A DNA stretch of 64,000 nt, taken from assembly GCA_947481575.1 (NCBI GenBank), contig CANKGV010000014.1:2903-66902 (forward strand). The letters are read 5' to 3'. A program made the translations under genes and the position numbers. The stretch comes from Alphaproteobacteria bacterium (GTDB taxonomy: Bacteria > Pseudomonadota > Alphaproteobacteria > UBA2966 > CAIVPW01). Position 1 is the stretch's first letter. Every line of letters begins with the position of its first letter. Shown here in pieces: positions 17,123 to 24,214 of the stretch. The notes below the pieces were generated by a model, which saw only the letters and a list, made by a program, of their open reading frames with translations, searched no databases and had not been told where the DNA came from.

Positions 17123-17620
17123 CTACTTTGCGGCTGTGTTGACGATGCGGCGAAACACCGATGGCAGCACAAAGTCGCCGCGCCAGATGCCGGCGCGGTC
17201 CTTGGATGCCTGTTGCTCGATGGCTAGGTATTCGGGGGCCTCGGCGCGGACGGCGAGCGCCCAGCCGAACTGAACCATGACCGCCGCGAGGTCGCGGCCG
17301 TTGGCCCGGCAGCGGGCGGTGGCGTAGCCGGTGTCGTCGATGCCGGCGGGCGTGCATTCAACCGCGCGGCCGGCCGTGAGCCCGGTTAGGGCATCGCGAG
17401 CCTGGCCGCCGCACGCCCAGGGCTTTTCCAGCACCGTGCAGGTTTGATAGCGCTCCGGCGCGTCGATGCCGAACAGGCGGTAGGTGGTGCCGGAAATTTC
17501 GAGGGTATCGCCGTCGATGGCCGTGACCGCTTCCAGTGCGGAAACGCCAAAGGGGATCGCTGCAGCCGCCGCGGCCAGCATCAGAATGAGCGTTGCGACG
17601 AAGGAACGGCGCACCAGCAC
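17123..17620 (-). CDS. Thermonuclease (SNase-fold) family protein
   Basis: AIDGDTL, YRLFGIDAPE, C...PWACG, DLAAVMVQFGWA, AGIWRGDF. Confidence 0.88.
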   Translation of the reverse strand: MLVRRSFVATLILMLAAAAAAIPFGVSALEAVTAIDGDTLEISGTTYRLFGIDAPERYQTCTVLEKPWACGGQARDALTGLTAGRAVECTPAGIDDTGYATARCRANGRDLAAVMVQFGWALAVRAEAPEYLAIEQQASKDRAGIWRGDFVLPSVFRRIVNTAAK

Positions 17621-17776
17621 TCCTTATTGCTGAGATCGATTCTAACCCTTTGAGATTCCTAGGAAAGCAGTAACTCGAAACTGCACAGTTCGTAGGCACG
17701 GGGACTCGCTTGCACACCGAACGTGCAGTTTAGGGTGCTTTGGGGTTGTGCAGGATTGCGGCGGCAATCCCGGCGG

Positions 17777-19579
17777 CTAGCGCCGGCCGAACAGCCGCTC
17801 GATATCGGCGAGCTTGAGTTCGACGTAGGTGGGGCGGCCGTGGCCGCACTGGCCGGAGTGCGGGGTGGCTTCCATCTCGCGCAACAGCGCGTTCATCTCG
17901 GTGCCGGTGAGCTGGCGGCCGGCCCGCACGCTGGAGTGGCACGCCATCGTGGCACACACCTCGGACAGCCGATCCTTAAGCGACTGGGCGGCGTCCAAGG
18001 TGCCGAAGTCGTCGGCGAGGTCGCGCACCAGGGCGGGAACGTCGGTCTTCCCGAGCAGCGCCGGGACTTCCCGCACCACCACGGCGCCGGGGCCGAACGG
18101 CTCCACCAGCAGGCCTAACTCGCCGAGTTCTTCGGCGCGCGCGAGGATGCGTTCGGCCTCCAGGGTGCCGAGTTCCACCACTTCGGGAACCAGCAGGAGC
18201 TGGCGGGCGATGCCATTGGCGGCGAGCTGGTTCTTGATGCGCTCGAACACCAGGCGTTCGTGGGCCGCGTGCTGGTCGACAATGACGATGCCGTCGCCGG
18301 TTTCGGCCACCACATACGTGCCGTGGAGCTGCGCGCGGGCGGCCCCCAGGGGGCTGGCGATGGAGTCCGATTCCGCCTCGGCGATGCGGGCGGCAGGGGC
18401 TTCGAGCACCGCATAGCCCGCTTGCGTGGGCGCCGCAAAGCCGGAGGACGGTGCTTGGAACGCGGCGGCTTCGGCCAGGCGGTAGGGCGACGGCGCGGCG
18501 CGCAGGGTGAACTGGGGCGGCGGCAGGTTGGCGCGGGCAACGCCCAGCGCAGCCGTGCCGACCGTGGACGCGGCGCGGTGGCCGGCGCCCGCCAGCGCGT
18601 GGCGCAGTGCACCAACGATCAGGCCGCGCACGAGGCCCGAATCGCGGAAGCGGACTTCGGCCTTGGCAGGGTGGACGTTCACGTCCACCAATTCGGCGGG
18701 CAGATCGAGGTAGAGCGCCAGCACCGGGTGGCGGTCGCGGGCGACGAGGTCTTGGTAGGCGCCGCGCACCACGCCCAGCAGCAGGCGGTCGCGCACCGGG
18801 CGGCCGTTGACGAACAGGTACTGCGACGCCGCCGAGGGCCGGTGCAGCGTGGGCAGACCGATGTAGCCGGTGAGCCGCACGCCATCGCGCTCGGCCTCGA
18901 TCTTCAGCGCATTGTCGGGGAACTCGCGGCCGAGGACGCGGCCTAAACGCTCCAAGCGCCGGTCCGCCACATCGCCCAGCACCACCGGCATGTTCAGCAC
19001 GTTGCGCCCGGCGTCGTCGACGGTGAAGGCGACATGGTCGGCCACCATCGCCAAGCGGCGTACGGCGTCGACGACGTGGCCGGCTTCGGTGCGCTCCTGC
19101 TTCAGGAACTTGAGCCGCGCGGGCACCGGATAGAACAGATCGCGCACTTCGATGCGGGTGCCCCCGGGGAGCGCGGCCGGGACCGGGGCGGAGACGCGGC
19201 CGGCATCGACTTCGACGGACCAGGCTTCGGCAGCGCCCTTGGGGCGGGACGCGATGGTCATGCGGCTGACGGCGCCGATGCTCGGCAGCGCCTCGCCGCG
19301 AAAGCCGAGGGTGGCGATGTGGACCAGGTCGTCGTCGGGCAACTTGGAGGTGGCGTGGCGCTCGACGGCGAGCAGCAGGTCGGCCGGGCTCATGCCGGAG
19401 CCGTCGTCGGCCACCACGATGGCGCGCTGGCCGCCGCCTTCCAACCGCACGTCGATGCGGCGGGCGCCGGCATCGAGGGAGTTTTCGACCAGTTCCTTCA
19501 CGGCCGCAGCGGGGCGCTCGATCACCTCACCGGCGGCGATCTGGCTGACGAGCGTGTCGGGTAAGCGGCGGATGGTCAT
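17777..19579 (-). CDS. mutL: DNA mismatch repair endonuclease MutL
   Basis: [62 protein letters not shown]. Confidence 0.98.
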   Translation of the reverse strand: MTIRRLPDTLVSQIAAGEVIERPAAAVKELVENSLDAGARRIDVRLEGGGQRAIVVADDGSGMSPADLLLAVERHATSKLPDDDLVHIATLGFRGEALPSIGAVSRMTIASRPKGAAEAWSVEVDAGRVSAPVPAALPGGTRIEVRDLFYPVPARLKFLKQERTEAGHVVDAVRRLAMVADHVAFTVDDAGRNVLNMPVVLGDVADRRLERLGRVLGREFPDNALKIEAERDGVRLTGYIGLPTLHRPSAASQYLFVNGRPVRDRLLLGVVRGAYQDLVARDRHPVLALYLDLPAELVDVNVHPAKAEVRFRDSGLVRGLIVGALRHALAGAGHRAASTVGTAALGVARANLPPPQFTLRAAPSPYRLAEAAAFQAPSSGFAAPTQAGYAVLEAPAARIAEAESDSIASPLGAARAQLHGTYVVAETGDGIVIVDQHAAHERLVFERIKNQLAANGIARQLLLVPEVVELGTLEAERILARAEELGELGLLVEPFGPGAVVVREVPALLGKTDVPALVRDLADDFGTLDAAQSLKDRLSEVCATMACHSSVRAGRQLTGTEMNALLREMEATPHSGQCGHGRPTYVELKLADIERLFGRR

Positions 19580-19754
19580 GTGAGGCGAAGTATACACCGG
19601 AGGCCACGCCATTCTCCGCCGTCATGCGCGGGCTTGGCCCGCGTATCCACGACTTGCCCGCGTCACGCGTCACGCGGCACGGTGGCGGGGATGGCGGGAC
19701 TCGTTTGCGTGGCGCGCTGGCCGCGCGACGCCCGGCCATGACGTCGAAACAAAC

Positions 19755-21113
19755 TCAGTTGGCCTTGTCGAACCCGGTGGGGTTGCCGGAGATGGCAGTG
19801 ATCAGGCGGACGGTGCCTTCGGTGGCGTTGGGGTCGCCCCAGAACAGGCGGCGGGCGACGCGCTTGATGTCGTCCAGCGTAACCTTGCCGTAGAAGTCGG
19901 CGCGGCGGTCGATGTAGTCCGGGCCTAGTTGCGCGATTTGGATTGAGGCCAGCACCCCGGCGAGGCGGCGGTTGGTGTCCATCGACATGGCGAAGCTGCC
20001 GAGCACGTAGCTGCGCGCGTCGTCCAATTCCTTTTGGGTAACGCCTTCGCGGGCCACGCGGTCGATTTCGCTGCGGATCAGGTCGTAGGACAGCTTCACC
20101 TGGTCATTGTTGGTGCCGACCTGCCCCATGAAGTACGACGAGTGCTGCATCGGGTTTATGAACGTCGCGACCGAATAGGCCAAGCCGCGCTGGGCGCGCA
20201 CCGCGTCCCACAGCCGCGACATGAAGCTGGAGCCACCGAGCACATTGTTCAGCAGCGCGGCGGCGTAGTAGTCGGGGTCGTCGCGCTTCAGGCCACGGGT
20301 GCCGAAGATCACCGTCGACTGCGGAATGTTCTGGCGCACGATGGTGATGTCGTCGCGGTCGGTGGGCGGCGTCACGACGAGTTCGGGCGGGTCGAGGCGC
20401 GGGCCGGTGGCGGGCAGGCCGCCGTAGGCGAGATCGATCAGGCGCGAAATTTCCGCCGCATCGACATCGCCGACCGCGCCGATCACCAGCTTGTCGCGGG
20501 TGAAGCGGGTGGCAACGAAGTCGCGCAGGTCGGCCACCGTGAACTTTTCCACCGTACCTGGATTGCCGCGGATGTTGCGGCCATAGGGATGGTCGCCAAA
20601 CGCCGCCTTGGCCCACGCGCGGTTCAGCATATCGCCGGCGCTGGCTTGGCGGCGGTTCAGGTCGTCGAGCTGGTTTTCGCGCATGCGCTCGACCGCTTCG
20701 GCGTCGAAGCGCGGCTGGGTGAGCGCCAAGCCCACCAGCTTGAACGCGTTGTCCCGCTCGGACGACAGCGTGCGGAAACCAACGTCGAAGTTGTCGGTGC
20801 CCGCATTGAAGTCCATGTCGATGTTGATCTCGTCGGCGTAGGCCTGGAACTTTGCCGACACCATGTCGCCGGCGCCTTCGTCGAGCAGGATCGAGACGAG
20901 GTAGGCGAGGCCTTCCTTGTCGAGCGGCAGCGTGGCGGCGCCGGCGTTCACGAACGTGGCCGAGACCGCGACGATCGGCAGGTCGGCCTGACGCTCGTAC
21001 CAAAATTTGATGCCCTTGGGCGACGTGAGCTGCTGGATCTCGACGGCGGATGCCGGGCCCGCGAAGAACACCGCGGCGGCGAACACGGCGGTGAGGACCG
21101 GACGGAACAACAT
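19755..21113 (-). CDS. M16B (pitrilysin) family peptidase, non-catalytic subunit
   Basis: Signal peptide, LLDEGAG, PRFDAEAVER, LGGSSFMSRL..VR..RGLAYS. No HxxEH motif. Confidence 0.88.
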   Translation of the reverse strand: MLFRPVLTAVFAAAVFFAGPASAVEIQQLTSPKGIKFWYERQADLPIVAVSATFVNAGAATLPLDKEGLAYLVSILLDEGAGDMVSAKFQAYADEINIDMDFNAGTDNFDVGFRTLSSERDNAFKLVGLALTQPRFDAEAVERMRENQLDDLNRRQASAGDMLNRAWAKAAFGDHPYGRNIRGNPGTVEKFTVADLRDFVATRFTRDKLVIGAVGDVDAAEISRLIDLAYGGLPATGPRLDPPELVVTPPTDRDDITIVRQNIPQSTVIFGTRGLKRDDPDYYAAALLNNVLGGSSFMSRLWDAVRAQRGLAYSVATFINPMQHSSYFMGQVGTNNDQVKLSYDLIRSEIDRVAREGVTQKELDDARSYVLGSFAMSMDTNRRLAGVLASIQIAQLGPDYIDRRADFYGKVTLDDIKRVARRLFWGDPNATEGTVRLITAISGNPTGFDKAN

Positions 21114-21133
21114 GGCGTACCCCATGGGATGGC

Positions 21134-22504
21134 CTATCGCACAGTGGCGAAGTCGGCGGTGTCGGGCAGCAGCAGGCCGGTGACCGCGTGGGGGCGCACC
21201 AGCACGGCGCGCGCCGCTTTGTTCACGTCGTCCACCGTGACGCGCTTGAGTTCTTCTGGCCAGCTTTGCACTTCCGCCATGGTGAGACCGATGGCGAGGC
21301 CACCGCCGACCAGGCGGGCCAGCGACTGCACCTGATCGCGGCCGTAGGTGTAGCTGGCGTCGATGCCGTTCTTCACCCGGTCGAGTTCTTCCTGGGTTAC
21401 GCCGTCTTTCAGCAGCTTGGCGATTTCGGCGTCGAGCGCCGTTTCCAGCGCCGCGATATCGCCGTTGCGGCCGACCGACGCCGAGAACGTGAAGGTGCTG
21501 GGGTCCATGCTGCCGGCGCCGTACCCGGCTCCGGCGCCCGCCGCGATCTTTTGGCCGATCACCAGCGACTGGTTGAGGCGGCCGGTTCCGCCGGACAGAA
21601 TCTGCGCCAGCATCGAGAGCGGCGCGGCCATGCCGTCGCGTGCGTTGCGGGTGGGGGCGATGTAGCTGCGGGTGATGGACGGCTGGCGCACGCGGCTGTC
21701 GCGGAAGATCACCCGGCGTTCGGCGAGCTGCGGTGGTTCTTGGGCGCGGATGCGCGGCGGCGTGGCGCGCGACGGCACCGGGCCGTAGTAGCGCTGCACC
21801 AGCGGCAGGACTTCCGCCAGCGTCGTGTCGCCCGCGAACACCAAGACCGCGTTGTTGGGCACGTACCAAGTCGTGTACCAGGCGACGGCGTCTTCGCGGG
21901 TGTAGCGCTCGATGTCGCCCATCCAGCCGATGGTGGGCAGGCCGTAGGGGTGCGCCAGATACTGCGCCGCACCGAACTGTTCGGAGAACAGGCCGCCGGG
22001 CGTGTTTTCCGTGCGCATGCGGCGTTCTTCTTCCACCACCTGGAGTTCGGAGCGGAACGCCGTCTCGGAGATGGTGAGATTGTGCATGCGGTCGGATTCG
22101 AGCTGGATGACCAGTTCCAACGCTTCCTTGCCGACGGTCTGGTGGTAGGCGGTCACGTCGTTTTGGGTGAACGCGTTTTCGTCGCCGCCGTGGATCGCGA
22201 CCGCGGAGTGGAACACCGAGCCGGGCGTGGTGCTGGTGCCCTGGAACATCATGTGTTCCAGCATGTGGGCGAGGCCAGACAGGCCGACCGGTGAATCCGA
22301 CGAGCCGATCTTGTAGTAGATGATCTGCGTGACGATCGGCGCGCGGTGATCGGGAATCACCACCACCTGCAGGCCATTGGGCAGGGTGGCGGTTTCGACC
22401 GGGAAGGTATCGGCACGGGCGATCTGCCACGGCGCCAGCGCCAACAGCACAACCGCAAATCCTGCGCCCGCTAAGCGGCTACGCCCGAACCTACTACCGA
22501 ACAT
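21134..22504 (-). CDS. M16B (pitrilysin) family zinc peptidase, catalytic subunit
   Basis: TLPNGLQVVV, GLAHMLEHMMFQG (HxxEH), NAFT, ESDRM, VVEEERRMR, HPYG..IG. Confidence 0.92.
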   Translation of the reverse strand: MFGSRFGRSRLAGAGFAVVLLALAPWQIARADTFPVETATLPNGLQVVVIPDHRAPIVTQIIYYKIGSSDSPVGLSGLAHMLEHMMFQGTSTTPGSVFHSAVAIHGGDENAFTQNDVTAYHQTVGKEALELVIQLESDRMHNLTISETAFRSELQVVEEERRMRTENTPGGLFSEQFGAAQYLAHPYGLPTIGWMGDIERYTREDAVAWYTTWYVPNNAVLVFAGDTTLAEVLPLVQRYYGPVPSRATPPRIRAQEPPQLAERRVIFRDSRVRQPSITRSYIAPTRNARDGMAAPLSMLAQILSGGTGRLNQSLVIGQKIAAGAGAGYGAGSMDPSTFTFSASVGRNGDIAALETALDAEIAKLLKDGVTQEELDRVKNGIDASYTYGRDQVQSLARLVGGGLAIGLTMAEVQSWPEELKRVTVDDVNKAARAVLVRPHAVTGLLLPDTADFATVR

Positions 22505-22592
22505 GCACCCAACCTCCGGACCGATACGCACCGGCGCACGCTGGTGCCGGGGTGTGGCGAGAATAGGGCAACCGCTCGTGCCATCAAACGAA

Positions 22593-22618
22593 GCGGCCCG
22601 GCGTTTCCGCCGGGCCGC
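22593..22618 (-). terminator. Intrinsic terminator downstream of the lipoprotein gene
   Basis: GCGGCCCGGCG-GAAA-CGCCGGGCCGC on the minus strand: an 11-bp stem with a GNRA loop, followed by UUCGUUU. Confidence 0.7.
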
Positions 22619-22647
22619 GTTCACTCTTCCGGGATAGCGGAGCTGCG

Positions 22648-23040
22648 CTAGCGGGGCGTTCCAGCTTTGGCGGCCTTTACGTAGCCGCCGTCGACGTTGA
22701 CCACGGCAAAGCCGTCGTCGAGCGCCTTGAAACAGTCGTCCCACTTCGCTTCCTTGGCGCGGGCATCGGCGCCGTCGCGGGTTTGCTCGGCCAACAGGAT
22801 CTTGGCCGGCGTGCCGGTGGTGTTGAATTCGGCGATCGACTGGGTGAGGCGGAGAATGCCTTTGCGGCATTCCGCTTCCGGATCAAACTTGGGCGGAGAG
22901 TACGCAGCGGCCTTAGGCGCGGCGGCTGCGGCCGGGGTGGCCTGGCCGCCCTGCGCCGCGTCGTCCTTCTTGCCGCATGCGGTCAGAACCGTTGCCACGA
23001 CCAACGCGCACACACAAACGAAAATGCCACGAGCCTGCAT
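22648..23040 (-). CDS. Hypothetical lipoprotein
   Basis: MQARG... signal ending in a lipobox (LTAC), an Ala/Pro linker, and a small helical domain with two Cys. RBS GGAG upstream. Confidence 0.75.
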   Translation of the reverse strand: MQARGIFVCVCALVVATVLTACGKKDDAAQGGQATPAAAAAPKAAAYSPPKFDPEAECRKGILRLTQSIAEFNTTGTPAKILLAEQTRDGADARAKEAKWDDCFKALDDGFAVVNVDGGYVKAAKAGTPR

Positions 23041-23056
23041 GACCTGCTCCTTGTTC

Positions 23057-23650
23057 TTAGAACGCAATGCCGCCTTCGCGCTTGGCGGTCGGGGGCGCGA
23101 CGACGACTTTGGGGGCGTTGTCGGCAGTACGCAGCCGCGCGGCTTCGGCGCCGGGGTTGATCGTGGCTTCCTTGTCATGCTGCCAGAACAAGAGGCGGCG
23201 GATGAACGTGTTGTCGCGGTCGGCAGTGCGCGCAACTTCGAGGTCGATCACCGCGCGAATGTTGGGATCCGGGTTCACGGCCTTGGCGCGCGTCAGCAGC
23301 GCTTGTTCGCCAGCGGTGCGGGCGCCGGCAACAGGTGCCGCCGCAGCAGCGGCAGGCGCCGCCCCGAGCAGGCCCGCCCCGCCAACGGTGGGAGCGCCTG
23401 GCGTTGCTGGACGGGCGGCGGGTGCGGCTGGCGACAGGGCGGCCTGGGCCTGGGCGGCCGGCGCCAAGTTCTGCACCGAGGGCGCGCCGGGCGCGGGCGG
23501 CCGCAGACCGTAATCCGGCGGGACCACCAGGGGTGCCTTGGTGACCACGGTGAATTCATCGGGGACCGGGCGCGTGACCAAGCCGCATCCAGTAACGCCT
23601 AGGGCTGCGGCCAGAGCCGCGCCGGCAAGCACGATCGTTGCGTTCTTCAT
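23057..23650 (-). CDS. DUF3035 family lipoprotein
   Basis: Lipobox VTGC, PDEFTVVTKAPLVVPPDYGLRPPAPG, GEQALL, DPNIRAVID. Downstream of lspA. Confidence 0.88.
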   Translation of the reverse strand: MKNATIVLAGAALAAALGVTGCGLVTRPVPDEFTVVTKAPLVVPPDYGLRPPAPGAPSVQNLAPAAQAQAALSPAAPAARPATPGAPTVGGAGLLGAAPAAAAAAPVAGARTAGEQALLTRAKAVNPDPNIRAVIDLEVARTADRDNTFIRRLLFWQHDKEATINPGAEAARLRTADNAPKVVVAPPTAKREGGIAF

Positions 23651-23702
23651 CGGTACCTTGATAGCGCCCTCCGCCGGGGCCAGCAAGGAATCTCCTGGCA
23701 GG

Positions 23703-24200
23703 CTAGGGGGTGCCAGGGCCGGCCGGGCCAGCGGGCGCACGGCGTTTGGTGACGAAGCCGTCGAGGACGATCAACGCAAACCCCGCGACGATCGCCGCAT
23801 CGGCAACATTGAACACCGGCCAGTGCCACGTGCCCCGGTGCAGGTCGAGGAAGTCGGCGACGCGGCCCCACAGCACGCGGTCAAGGGCGTTGCCGAGGGC
23901 GCCGCCGATGACGAAGCCCAGGGCCACCCCGAGCAGCACCGAGCGGGTACGGGTGAGCCACACAGCCAAGGCCGCCGAGACCGCCACCGCGAAGCCCACC
24001 AAGAGCCACGCCGCGGCGCTGGAATTGCTTTGGAACATGCCGAAGCTGACCCCGGAGTTCCACGTCATCCACAGGTTGAAGAACGGCGTGATCCGGATCG
24101 GGCTGCGGGCAGGCAGATCCCATACTTCCAGCGCCAGCCACTTGGTGGCGCGGTCGGCGGCGAAGGTCAGCACCGCGATCTGGAACCCCAGGCGCACCAT
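23703..24200 (-). CDS. lspA: Lipoprotein signal peptidase II
   Basis: DRATK, WNSGVSFG, GGALGNALDR, VADF, WPVFNVADAAI. Confidence 0.96.
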   Translation of the reverse strand: MVRLGFQIAVLTFAADRATKWLALEVWDLPARSPIRITPFFNLWMTWNSGVSFGMFQSNSSAAAWLLVGFAVAVSAALAVWLTRTRSVLLGVALGFVIGGALGNALDRVLWGRVADFLDLHRGTWHWPVFNVADAAIVAGFALIVLDGFVTKRRAPAGPAGPGTP

Positions 24201-24214
24201 GGCGCGCTAGCACC

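Noticed and set aside
12345-17189. Active mobile element
   Set aside because: No integrase, recombinase, transposase or terminal inverted repeats were found. Reported only as a scar.
19755-22870. ORF-track lengths of 891 aa and 578 aa for the M16 genes, and similar long N-terminal extensions of xseA, ileS, capD, wecA-like, ligase and neuB
   Set aside because: The extensions are Arg/Pro-rich off-frame reads of neighbouring genes. Starts were reassigned to positions giving signal peptides or 4-nt overlaps.
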